A stretch of DNA of 63,184 bases, the filler included, from Dimargaris cristalligena (Eukaryota): NCBI GenBank assembly GCA_003614675.1. It is 11 parts of 11 records of this genome, joined end to end, with 100 filler letters (N's around TTAATTAATTAA, not from the genome) between each part and the next. Parts side by side here need not be neighbours in the genome. Positions count along the whole stretch, not along the records: positions 34,600 to 40,242 come from ML003596.1; positions 40,343 to 45,983 come from ML003597.1; positions 46,084 to 51,724 come from ML003598.1; 8 more parts are not named here. One strand, written 5' to 3'. Shown one piece after another: positions 36,189 through 47,340 of this stretch (within the stretch, counting starts at the first letter, position 1; every line of letters starts with the position of its first letter). Below the pieces are notes generated by a model. It ran no database searches. It saw nothing but the letters and a program-made list of their open reading frames with translations, and had not been told where the DNA came from. Position numbers and translations under genes: made by a program.

Positions 36189-37874
36189 ATGGGGCTGTCT
36201 CATGATTGGCTCGATGTAATGGACATCGACGAGGGTTCGGTTCTCAACTCCATTCACTCCAGTATTGAATACTACCGCCGGGTCCGTCCCATCTCCTCTC
36301 TAACCCCATCAGTCGCCCGACCTTTACCACCGGCCCAGGGAGCAGCCGCCCAAACGGAGACCCTCCAACTGCTCTTTGTACTCGACACCAGCTACTTGCT
36401 GGCCCAACTCGGCTTTCTGCGTAAACTATTAGCTGCCGCGCGGCAAAGGACCGGCGTGGGGGTAGTCGTGCCCTGGGTCGTTATTCGGGAATTAGACGGT
36501 CTCAAGGAGGCCACCACCGGCCACCGGTCAGTGGACCGCCAACCCAGTTCGGGGCGAGGTCTCGATGATAGTATCTACAGTGACCAGGTCGTATCCTCTC
36601 GCACCTCCGCTAAAAAGTCGTCAACGGGCATCGGGCGCGCGGCTCGGACGGCCATCGATTTTATCCACAATTCACTGCAACCTTCCGCCGGCTCAGTGCT
36701 TCGCGGCCAACGGGCCACCGAGTACCTGCTGATGGAGAAGCAGAATGACGACCAAATCCTGGATTGCTGCCGCTACTTTGCCGAGATGGCGCAAATTCCC
36801 ACCGTGGTCCTACTCTCCACCGATAAGAACCTGTGCGTCAAAGCCATGATCCATGGTCTTCCAACATGTGGCATCTGGAAAGGGCAACCAGAGGATTTGC
36901 TTTCACATTATCATCATCCTGCACCATCTCATTTTGGCTCGAAACCTCCGGATTACCCGGAGGAAGTACCGGCGCCTGTCTCGTTGACGGCGCCTAGTCA
37001 ATACCAGACCGGCTACGATAACACTATTAATAACGATGCCGACAGTGACGCGATGATGATTGATTCAGACGACGAACCCACCCTGACCGTACCCGAGTCG
37101 CATCCGTCTTTGCCCATCCCTGACTACGTACCCGTCGCCCCTCAAACTCCCACGCCTGCAAAAGGGCCATCCTTACTAGCCCAGCGGCTGGACCAGCTGA
37201 CGGCCATCATTGAGTACATCGAAGATCCCGATCGGTCCCTGCTATCGCATGCCATTAAGTACCAATTTTACATTGACCTCGGCGAAGATTGGGACCACTT
37301 TGTGACCTCTTTTCGTGGCACCCCCTGGACCCTCCGCGACATGTGTGATATTGTACAGCGGTACTGGCAAGGCAACTTCCGTGCGGTTTACCCCGGTCCG
37401 GCCTATCCCGTTTTCGAGCTTCTCAAGCGACAGCACATGGCCTGGCTGGAGTTGCGCAGTCGGGATCCGGTCGAATTAATTGAATTCGAGGAATCCCACT
37501 TGACGATCCCTAGCGACCCCAATGTGAAGTGCGGTGGTCTACCCTCGGTTAAGGAAATCGAGAAGATCACTCCTAACCACCGCCTCTGGAATCGCCCACC
37601 GCCAAACCTCAGTTCAGTGCCGCTGGCCACCCTTATCCAAGTAGTACTGAGCCCGGCCGCGCTCCGCGTATTCCTCGACCACTTGGACATGATGCTGAAA
37701 TTGTGCGACGATGTCACTCGCACCCTTCCTCTCCAACAACGGGACGGTGAAATCCCCTCTAAACTGAATGGATGGTTCCGATCACTGCCGGCCCTGTTTC
37801 TCAATCCCCACGCTCCCACGCGAAGCTATTTGATTAAAGAATGGCGACAAGGACTATCGTTAGATTATAATTAA
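36189..37874 (+). CDS. SWT1: PIN-domain RNA endonuclease, Swt1-like, 561 aa
   Basis: FVLDTSYLL, VVVPWVVIRELDGLK, LRGQ, NDDQILDCC, VLLSTDKNLCVKAMIHG. Confidence 0.88.
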   Translation: MGLSHDWLDVMDIDEGSVLNSIHSSIEYYRRVRPISSLTPSVARPLPPAQGAAAQTETLQLLFVLDTSYLLAQLGFLRKLLAAARQRTGVGVVVPWVVIRELDGLKEATTGHRSVDRQPSSGRGLDDSIYSDQVVSSRTSAKKSSTGIGRAARTAIDFIHNSLQPSAGSVLRGQRATEYLLMEKQNDDQILDCCRYFAEMAQIPTVVLLSTDKNLCVKAMIHGLPTCGIWKGQPEDLLSHYHHPAPSHFGSKPPDYPEEVPAPVSLTAPSQYQTGYDNTINNDADSDAMMIDSDDEPTLTVPESHPSLPIPDYVPVAPQTPTPAKGPSLLAQRLDQLTAIIEYIEDPDRSLLSHAIKYQFYIDLGEDWDHFVTSFRGTPWTLRDMCDIVQRYWQGNFRAVYPGPAYPVFELLKRQHMAWLELRSRDPVELIEFEESHLTIPSDPNVKCGGLPSVKEIEKITPNHRLWNRPPPNLSSVPLATLIQVVLSPAALRVFLDHLDMMLKLCDDVTRTLPLQQRDGEIPSKLNGWFRSLPALFLNPHAPTRSYLIKEWRQGLSLDYN

Positions 37875-38125
37875 TGCAGGACATTTGTTTGATCTCTTTA
37901 CAACGATGACACTTCGAGGTATAAATACCACCAAAGACGCGATACCCTAACCTATATAGCATAATGTATTCCGCAATACCCTCTAGATGAACTTCTTTTG
38001 CATCTACTTCCTTTATTTTCCCGGTCGTCGGTAAAATGCTACTAAGTTGGCCTTACAATCTCGCTTATACGACCCGTACCCTTACGATCCGAGTATATAA
38101 AATAAAAAAAATGAATAATACACAT

Positions 38126-38515
38126 TTACAGTAGGTTACTAATAATTTTGGACGTCCATTCCTGGGCCAATGCGTATGGGTTTTTACCCAGTATTTGCTG
38201 CTCGGCGGTAACGAGTTGCCGCTGGATGGCGGCCAGTTGTTGTTCAACCGTCGCTACAATATGCTCTAAGCCGTCCAACTCGGCAGTTGCCGCAGACAGC
38301 CGGGAAAGGTGGTGGGCCAAGAGGGCGGCTAGTTCGTCCTGGGAATGTTCAAGTGCGACATCATGCCGTTGGACCTGCTCGGCTTGGTCTAACAGGTTGC
38401 GGTCCATGGACCGACCCAGGGCCAGAGTTGCACCGATGGTACGGGTGGGAAGGACATGGGTGTGCAATAGGTTTTGGGTGGCCTCGTCAAGAAGTTGCGG
38501 GTTGGGTGGGGGCAT
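38126..38515 (-). CDS. Small coiled-coil protein, possibly BLOC-1 subunit 4 (Cnl1/cappuccino)-like
   Basis: 129-aa helical ORF (ELDGLEHIVATVEQQLAAIQRQLVTAE) convergent with SWT1; family assignment is a loose resemblance only. Confidence 0.5.
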   Translation of the reverse strand: MPPPNPQLLDEATQNLLHTHVLPTRTIGATLALGRSMDRNLLDQAEQVQRHDVALEHSQDELAALLAHHLSRLSAATAELDGLEHIVATVEQQLAAIQRQLVTAEQQILGKNPYALAQEWTSKIISNLL

Positions 38516-38975
38516 GGTGCAATGAGGTAAATTTCCAACGAGAAAGATGACGTAAACGAACTAAAGAAACCGGAAGCAAAGCTGGCGGGGTTGAACCTAA
38601 GTGGAATGCGTAGACCCCTAAAGCGAATGGGAAGATAAAAAATCACATACTCTTTGGATAAAGGTACCAATCCGTTTTCCCTCCCGCTGGGGGATTTTAA
38701 ATAGGGTTGATGCAATACTATAACTGAATAGGTATGGTAATAAACCCTCCGAGACTTATGAAGGGGGAAAACCACAAAAGTACATCAAACCATGGAATTA
38801 GCAGTAAGTGTTTGGCATATTTTGGCAAATGTTGTTTCCAGGCCTGCTTAATCTTTAATAGTATATCCTGGCTAAACTATTTTTAGTTTAGAAAAGATGA
38901 GGAACATCACCAAAGATCAGTCTTCATCTTTTCCCACCCATTTATAAGCCATTTGATGGCTAGGCCGTTTTTTCC

Positions 38976-39011
38976 AGTATTCCATATTCAATATTCAATA
39001 TTCAGTATTCA
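38976..39011. repeat. Five tandem copies of a 7-mer (consensus AATATTC)
   Basis: AGTATTC CATATTC AATATTC AATATTC AGTATTC. Confidence 0.7.
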
Positions 39012-39747
39012 TAGTTCTTACTTATAACTCGAGGATCTTGTAGTTATAGAAGTCTAGGGCATATCCCCAGACTTAGCACCTTTAAAGCTGCCAACATTAG
39101 CGGCCTTCTTTATTACATTTCATATAAATGCCCATTGGGTATTCTCCTAATAAACAGGCAGTTTTACATTAAGTATAGTTTACCAGTTAGTTATTTCAAT
39201 CCACTGGTCTTGTTCTATCCCTATCATCTATTTGGCCCAAGCCCATTCATTGTGCCTTATCTGCTGTACACTAGAAGGATCCCTGTGTGATCCCCAGTTG
39301 CCCTAGTTGTCCCTATCTGAAGATCAGATAAGAATTATCCCCACTGAGTGTGTGTTTTCCTTAGTTAGTTGGTTTTTCCACCAGACCAAGACTGCTCTAG
39401 TCAGCCCTGATAAGGCTATCAGGCTATATTACCTTATGGTATTAAGTGTGACCACAATGCAAGATACTTAAAATATATTAATCATACAGCCTAGTATAAA
39501 AGTTCAGAATGTAATTCATTAAATATATGTCTGCATAGGACAGTTTTCAATTTACAAAATAAGCAAATGCATAGATTCTATAAAACTATATGAGCCTTTG
39601 GAAATGGATAGTATTAGACAAAAGTGGTATGACAATAGAGTGGAGGCATACCCCCAGTATCAATCAATAGCTATAAGATGGTGCAATTGGGTTCTCTCAA
39701 CAATACTTGATTTCCTATTTCAATTATTCCCCCCCTCAAAGAAAAAA

Positions 39748-40242
39748 CTGAATGCCTAGAATGGCCTCTATACTGTATATTAGTGAACCATAAATCACTT
39801 TCCCTAATCTATAATGAACCAGGTTCTTTCTTAATGGGCATAACTATGTGTAATAAGGGCAGAAATTAATGACAAAATGTGCAAGTTGCTGGGTGGCAAG
39901 CTGTTCACAAGGGCAAGCACAGTCTACCTGATTTATATCAGACCCCATTTGGCCTTTTAGCTCCACTGGGATTTCAATATGGAGGGAGCTATTATAAAAT
40001 CCCCACTGTACGGCATACCATTTGCCCCCATCACAAAGTGGGCCATTGCAAAATATCCACACACTTAGTGCTTAGGTATAAAATGTACATCGAGTCTTTA
40101 TATTATATGGAAGAGGGGGTCTAGCTCAGATGAAGTAGAGTTTTATTTAATGTGAATCTCAGGCAGGCGACCTTTTGGTCATAATTGCTATCCACAGGGA
40201 ACATGATAATGGGTAATTTGGTCAAAAACCCTCAAAAGCTAC
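39748..40242. repeat. Right copy of the contig-7 inverted repeat
   Basis: Reverse complement of 34600-35094. Confidence 0.95.
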
Positions 40243-40343
40243 NNNNNNNNNNNNNNNNNNNNNNNNNNNNNNNNNNNNNNNNNNNNTTAATTAATTAANN
40301 NNNNNNNNNNNNNNNNNNNNNNNNNNNNNNNNNNNNNNNNNNC

Positions 40344-43300
40344 CCGAGCCTGAGCCCTAGTCCCGAAAGCGAGACGCTCCCAAATGCCGGCCTAACAAGT
40401 GGAGCCCAATGCGGGGGGCTCAGTATCCCTGGAGTCACCACTCTGGTGGGATTCGACAAACCGCTGGAATACACGGACGAGGACGCCGAAAGCTTCATAG
40501 AGGAATTCGAGGGCTACGCGATGGCGCGTGGCATGTCGGACCGTGAGAGGTTGCGTCACGTAAAGAAGTTGACACCGAAGAAAGTACGCAATCAACTGAA
40601 GGACCTGTACGAGCCCGGTACGCCGTGGGTGCAGGTCAGAGCGTTCCTCCTCAGGCATGCAGAGAAGAGACGCAACGAGGGGCCGGACCGATGCTACAGA
40701 ACGTTGCAACGACTGGCCAAGAAGCGGCCGCGGGAAAGAGAGCTCCTGCCGTTTCTCCAAGTGTTCGAGGAGGCGGCACGACTAGCCACGGAGGTATCCA
40801 ACGCGGAAAAGGTGAAACTGCTGGAGAAAGTGGTACCCCGCAAGATCCTTGTGCGTACGCTCGACCGTTGTTCCGGGGGAAAGCCGAGATTTGAAGAGTA
40901 CCTCCGTAAACTAACGGAGACAGTATCCCGAGACAAACACCTCCGTAGATCGAAGAGGGAAACCAGCGACTCCGAGTCGGACGGCGACACCGAAATGAGT
41001 TCGGATAGTAGCGATGGGGACTCGTCGGACAGTGACGATGAGCGCCCTCGCAAGAAGCGCGGAGCGCGGGCCACGGCGGCGAAGAGGGTCAAAACGAGTC
41101 AGGTGCAAATCGAGGACCTGACCACGCAGTTTGCCAACATGGAGTCTCGGTTGTTCGACAGACTCAGCGGAATAATGCAGGCCAAACTCGAGAGCACGAA
41201 GCAAAGGGAAGGCATGACGGCGCGTCCCAAGTTGTGCCTCTACTGCGATCAACCGGGACATTTTCGTAGCGACTGCACGGAGTTCTTCGAAGCCGTTGCC
41301 GCGAAGAAACTACGCATTAGCGGGAAGCAGGTAGTGTATGCGGACGGAACGGTAGCCATGGCGCGATTCGGGCAAGGAGGGATCAAGGCGGCACTGAGTG
41401 AGAGAGAGCCGCGCACCACGAGCTCCTCGGTGACTGTATCCCAGATCCCGATGCGATGGGAGGTGATGGGACCGGAAGATCACCCCGCGGTCTGGCAAAC
41501 GGGAACCGTCAAGAAGGGAAAGAGCCCGGCGGGATGGGCTACCGATGCTGTCGTGGAGGACCGCTCACTCGATCCAAAGCGCAAGTTGCGAGCGCCACTG
41601 GGAGATAAGGCCCCAGGGCTCAGTGTAGCGCAGGACGACAGCGACGACGGAGGCATGGAGGACCCCGAGCCGAGCCCGGCGAAACCCATGTTGATGGACC
41701 GCGCGACCAGTGCACCGAGGAAACAGAGGCAACCCGCTAAATTTCACCTGGTGGCGAAAATCGACGAATACAACTCCGACGATCTGGTAATGGAACATTT
41801 GGGTCGAAACAACCTAGGTCTATCGGCCTGGGAGTACTTGGCCATCGTACCGCGAGCGCGCAAACTGGTGCGACAGCATTTGACGAAGCACCGGCAGTAC
41901 GTGAACCGGGAACCCATGGCGCAAGGGGTTCAGGCGGACGAAACTTCCGCATCGGAGTCGGACGAGGAGTGGGCAGAAGCCAGTGCCCACGAGGCCCCAC
42001 CGCGAAGTGCGAAAACGACTACGCGGATTCTGCGGTTACCCACCATGATCATACCGGCCGTCATCGGAGGCGCGCGAACCGAGGTGTTGATAGACACGGG
42101 GTCCGAGGTGAACCTGGTACCGGCTAGGTTGGCTAAACTGCTGCCCGCTGGCACGGTACAGCTCCATCCCGAAATCCCCAAGGTATTCGGAGTCGGCGAG
42201 AGCGCGGTGGAATCAGGGAAGGCCATGTGGGACGTAATGGTCACAACGGGAAAGATCTCTGTCCCGACCAGTTTCCTCGTGGTAAACGACAACCATCAGC
42301 AAACGATTCTCGGTATGCCGTGGTTGGCCTCGGTTGACTGGGTAGTCAGCAAGAGCGAGCGAGGTCAGAAACAATTGGTGGTAACGTGGGAGGGCGTCAC
42401 GGAGCGATTCGCAATCCCCAGTGGACCCAGGACTAACGTCGTCCGAAGTCTCGCCGTTACTACTGGAATTCCGCAGACCCTGGCCGCGAGATACAAACCA
42501 GCTCATAAGAAAGTGCACCCGGTGGCGGCACCCATGCCTGCCGAGTATCAAACGGAGTACCCCATAACGGGAAGAGACATATTCGACGACGTTGACATGA
42601 ACTACTCCGGGGACCATCGACTTACTGATGAAAACACTAGAGCGCTAGTGATCGGTGACGGCGAGTTGACAGACACTGAATCTCACTACTTCCTGAATCG
42701 GCTCAGGGAAGTCGACCAAGTTTTTGCGTTCAATAAGACCCATTTGGGAATGGTGAAACCCGAGTTTGCGCCGCCGATCCGAGTTGCGACCGTGCCACAC
42801 ACTCCGTGGAACTTTAAGCCGTTTGCAGTGCCCCGAGCTATGCACGACCAAGTAGTGGCAATGTTGCGCGACCGACTCGAGTCAGGGGTGATCGAACCAT
42901 CCGAAGGACCGTACGCGAGCCGGTGGTTCACACTGCTCAAGAAAGACGGGAAGAATCTACGGTTCATCCAGGACTTCCAACCGGTGAACGCAGTCACGAT
43001 ACGGAATGCCGGAGTACCCCCGGTGGCTGATGCGATGGCTGAAGAAGTGTCCGGGTGCAGCCTCATCACGAAATTCGACTTATACTCCGGGTATGATCAG
43101 ATTCCCATCGATCCCCGTGACCGTGACATCTTCGCGATCAACACACCGATTGGCCTAGTCCGTATGACGAGGCTACCGATGGGGTGGGCCAACAGCGTAA
43201 GCACATTCCAGAGGGTGCTAACTTCTATCCTACACCGACACATGCCGGATCGGTTGTCCCTGTTTGTTGATGATGGGGTCGTGAAAACCCGAGTAGGGAA

Positions 43301-45899
43301 GGAGGAGGGGGAAAATACGGTGGGCGGAATACGCCGAAAGGTGATACAGCATGCGGACGACGTCGTGGCGGTTCTATCCGATCTAATGAAAAGCGGTCTA
43401 GTGATCAGCGGAACGAAGTCGGCCTTCGGAATGACGAAGGTAGAGGTGTTAGGGTACATGTGCACAACCGACGGGAGATGCCCGACTGAGTCTAAGGTGA
43501 ACGCCATTCTTGCATGGGAACCACCCACCAACGCGAAGGAAGTGCGATCGTTCATCGCGACGTGCGCGTTTCTGCGAGTCTGGGTTCCCCACTTCTCGAC
43601 TATTGCGGGGCCTCTGTACGCGCTAACTCGGCAGCGGACGACATTCCAGTGGGGCCCCGAGCAGGATAAGGCCTTTCGAACTCTGAAGAGCGCGCTCACC
43701 GAAGCGCCCCTCATCAAAACGCCACGGTACGGAAGTGGCGCGCCACCGTTAGTCCTGACGACGGATGCCAGCCCCACCGGAGCGGGAGCTGTGCTGGGCC
43801 AAACAGACGACGACGGCAACCGATACGTGATACGATACGAGAGCTATCTGTTTTCGGAGCGGGAACGGCGGTACGCGCAGATTAAACGTGAATTGTTCGC
43901 TACTTACATGATGGTGAAAAAATTACGCCGTTACCTGTACGGGACGTTCTTCATACTGGAAATAGACGCCCAACCACTCATCGGCCTGATAAACTGTCCT
44001 GACCTACCTGGAGATGTCGCCAGTCGATGGATCGGGTACTTGAAGATGTTCGACTTTGAGATCCGGCACATAAAGGGAGTGGATAACCCCGTGGCTGACG
44101 CGCTGAGCCGGTTACCCGTGAAGCCGTTAGCGACGCCGCCACATACCAGCCAATTGAAGATTTTCGCTCGAGACGACGTACCGCTACCGAAATTGCGACA
44201 CCTGGCCGACGCAGGGATTGATGTAGTAACTCGCGTTGACGTGCGCTTCGAACCCGGAGAAGCCACTCGCGTACCCACCGGGCTCTACTGCACCCCTCCC
44301 GAGGGGACTTACATACGGGTAGCCGATCGCAGCAGCATGGCGCTTCAGGGATTTCGAGTGGGCGGAGGAGTCATCGACCCGGGGTACACTGGCGAAATAT
44401 GCGTCATAATATCGAACGAGACGAATCGAGTCCAAGACCTTCGCCAAGGAGACCGAGTAGCTCAGCTCATCCTAGAGCGCTTCGCGAAACCGGATGTGAT
44501 TCGAGTGCCAAAGGAAGCTATTCTCGGTGACAGAAGGGGGGCGGGTTTTGGGAGTACTGGAGTAAACGTTGTAAAGAGCGTAGTTTTGACGGACCCCGGA
44601 GATTACCTTGGTGTACACAGCGTGAAACAGGCATGTAGACGGGAGGGTGGTGAATTCGAAGCCATTATCCAATTCCTCCAGAATGGCACCTTCTCGGCTG
44701 AATTAACGACCAGTCAACGTGCTGGGATTCGACACCAATGCACTCGTTACCTGCTGAATGAAGGGCTGCTGTATAAGCGAGAGAGGATTGGGTTGCCGCG
44801 GCGAGTCATCAGTGACCCCGAAGAGCGTCACCGCGTAGTGGTCAGCGTGCACGGGGGGCACCCTAGTGGTCATCGAGGCATAAAAGCAACTCACCGCATG
44901 TGCGCGAACAGATTTTTCTGGCCTAACCTCTATAAGGACGTGGAACGGGTCATCCGAACATGCGACATCTGTCAACGAAATCCCCACGGGTCCGTGCAAG
45001 TGCCGCTCAAAGTGACGACGGGATCCACGATCTTCAGCCGCATCGGCATAGACCTTACTGAACTCGAGGAATCAACGGAGGGGCATCGTTACCTTGTCGT
45101 GGCCCGTGACGATTTAACCGGGTGGGCGGAAGCGCGTGCGCTGAAGGACAAGAGGAGTACGACCGTGTACCAATTCCTATACGAAGACGTCGTATCTCGA
45201 TTCGGAATTCCCGGCGAAATCCTAGCCGATCGCGGTGAGCTCTGGGGGAAGGTGGTGGCGCGGGCTGCTCGGCAGGACGGACTCACCCTGAAGTTCACGA
45301 CGGCGTACCACCCTCAGACGAATGGAATGATTGAACGCGGCCATCGGGACCTCGTCAACTGCTTAAAGAAATTGTGCCAAGAACAGCCCGAAGTTTGGCC
45401 CGGGTTCCTACACGCCGCACTCTGGGCTGACAGAACCACCGTAAAAACCACGACGGGAGTTAGTCCCTATCGCATGGTGTACGGTCAAGACTGCACCCTA
45501 CCGTTCGACCTGCAGGAGCACACCTGGATCAGCCTACCCTGGCGCGACGGAATGACGACCGACGAGCTCCTGCGATGCCGAGCCACTCAACTGAAACAGA
45601 ATTCGTGGCTGCGCGAGGCTGCGGGTATCAATTTGGACACAAATCGTCTACGAGGCAAGAAATATTTTGAACGCCGGCACCCCATACGACAGCAAGGGTT
45701 TCAAGTCGGGGACCTAGTCCTGTTGAAAGATACGCGACTCGCGAAGGTCAAGGGGAAGCTCCGCGCCCGTTGGCGAGGGCCGTACGTAATTGCCACCGTA
45801 GTGCATGACGACGTTTACACCCTTAATGAATTAGACGGTTCAACGTTTAAAGATCCTACTGCTGGGGTCCATTTGCGTCATTACTTCCGATCCGTTTGA
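40344..45899 (+). mobile_element. Ty3/Gypsy single-ORF gag-pol, 5'-partial: Gag(CCHC)-PR-RT-RNase H-dUTPase-IN
   Basis: Frame open from the contig start; CLYCDQPGHFRSDC, LIDTGSEVN, KFDLYSGYDQ, LPMGWANS, LFVDD, TTDASPTGAGAVL, ADALSR, dUTPase motifs, H..H..CDIC, IGID / LADRG / MIERGH, WRGPY. Confidence 0.97.
44154..44561 (+). other. In-frame trimeric dUTPase domain within pol
   Basis: All five motifs: AGID, DRSS, GVIDPGYTGEI, GDRVAQL, RRGAGFGSTG. Confidence 0.95.
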
Positions 45900-45928
45900 A
45901 CCGGACGTTCAAATTCGGCCCCAGGGGA

Positions 45929-45983
45929 TGTACTGCCGTGGGCAGGGACGGGTTTCCGCCCTAAGAGTGGGCCTGGTGGATTA
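45929..45983 (+). mobile_element. Start of the 3' LTR of the dUTPase element (truncated)
   Basis: Short purine tract AGGGGA (45923-45928) then TGTAC, 30 nt after the pol stop. Confidence 0.6.
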
Positions 45984-46083
45984 NNNNNNNNNNNNNNNNN
46001 NNNNNNNNNNNNNNNNNNNNNNNNNNNTTAATTAATTAANNNNNNNNNNNNNNNNNNNNNNNNNNNNNNNNNNNNNNNNNNNN

Positions 46084-46402
46084 TCACCACTCAGAGGGAG
46101 GAGGTCGATCCTTTCCATAGTACTCCCCATCTGAGTGATGGAGACCTGTCGGACAACGGCATGAACTACCTATCCCCCCCACTGGAGGAGGACGTCCCTA
46201 CCCCAACGGCACAAGAACAATACCTCTTCTCAGAGGACTAATAATACCCCGCCCGGGTGACCGACTATAGCTCTTTGTCTTCTAAATAAATAATTATTAC
46301 CTTCAATTACTTCGATCTTGTTTTTTACTTCCAACCTGCCCAATTCGGTACTCCCATTATTTCTTTATAGTTACACGGCCCTACTCGGCCTTTATGGTTA
46401 CA
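46084..46402 (+). mobile_element. 5' LTR (partial) of the second Ty3/Gypsy element, ending GGTTACA
   Basis: 319-bp direct repeat of 51406-51724; one difference seen (ttatgg vs ttacgg). Confidence 0.92.
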
Positions 46403-46406
46403 AACT

Positions 46407-46420
46407 TTTATTTAGAAGAC
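46407..46420 (+). promoter_or_regulatory. Putative self-priming primer-binding site
   Basis: TTTATTTAGAAGAC, 4 nt after the LTR, is the exact reverse complement of LTR 46277-46290; no TGG tRNA-type PBS. Confidence 0.75.
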
Positions 46421-46434
46421 CTTAATATATAATT

Positions 46435-47322
46435 ATGTCCTCCATTGAACCAACCCCCCGTGCTCCCACTCAACGACGGATCAGCAACCCACCTTTTGCA
46501 CCCCAGCATGGGCTCCCCTCTGGTGCACTAGACACCCTGATGAAGAATGTCAAACCCTTCTCAGGCAAACCACCGGGCCCTACCTGGAACTCTTGGAAAC
46601 TGTCTCTCAGTGCAACCATCCAAGACTACTACCCCCAGATGGCCGCTGGAGCCCAGTTTCGCTTGACAATTGCCCTACTACAAGATGATATCCGCGACCT
46701 GGTAATCAAATCCGGCAAAGACACCACCGATGATTTCGAGGACTTCATGAAGGCCACCTACCCAATCTCACTATGGGCTGAATACTACGATATGGCATTG
46801 CACTCGGGGACCCTCTTCAAGGGGAAGAACATTTACATTGCCTGCTCCATTGCCAGTGATGCCGCCTGGCAACTTGGAGGAACTAGCCACTGGTGCACCC
46901 AGGTTACAAAAGCCTTGCTTGCCGAGTTTCGTACCCATCTGGAACAAGCACCCCATGAGTTGTGGAACTTCACTGAGTACACGGCAGGGAATATGCCTGA
47001 GCATTTTAAAGCTATCACGCAGGCAGTACTGGCCAGTCAAGCCCGTCAGGCTGCTATTAGGACGGCACCGGGACAGGGTCCACCTTTCCAAGAAACTCGT
47101 GAAGTGGCACACAAAGGTACTAGGGATCTCAGCCCACCGTCGACAGAATCAATTGTGGCAGCAGTACTTGCAGCTCTCCAAGAAAAACCCCCGATGGGTA
47201 ACACAGATGGTCGAAGCAAGAATCGTCGTCGTAAGGATCGCCAAGCTAAAGTAATGGCAGAACTACGAGCTGAGAATGCCCAACTCCAACAGGCTGCAAA
47301 TAACCAACCGGGAAAAGCCTAG
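46435..47322 (+). CDS. gag: Gag, 295 aa, no CCHC knuckle
   Basis: Lies between the PBS and pol; VKPFSG...W..W capsid-like pattern; basic C-terminus. Confidence 0.85.
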   Translation: MSSIEPTPRAPTQRRISNPPFAPQHGLPSGALDTLMKNVKPFSGKPPGPTWNSWKLSLSATIQDYYPQMAAGAQFRLTIALLQDDIRDLVIKSGKDTTDDFEDFMKATYPISLWAEYYDMALHSGTLFKGKNIYIACSIASDAAWQLGGTSHWCTQVTKALLAEFRTHLEQAPHELWNFTEYTAGNMPEHFKAITQAVLASQARQAAIRTAPGQGPPFQETREVAHKGTRDLSPPSTESIVAAVLAALQEKPPMGNTDGRSKNRRRKDRQAKVMAELRAENAQLQQAANNQPGKA

Positions 47323-47340
47323 AGGTGGTAAAGACCCCTC
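47310..47340 (+). promoter_or_regulatory. Putative -1 ribosomal frameshift signal
   Basis: G GGA AAA heptamer in the gag frame; pol is in the -1 frame; hairpin GAGG(T)GGT-AAAG-ACCCCTC starts 5 nt downstream. Confidence 0.75.
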
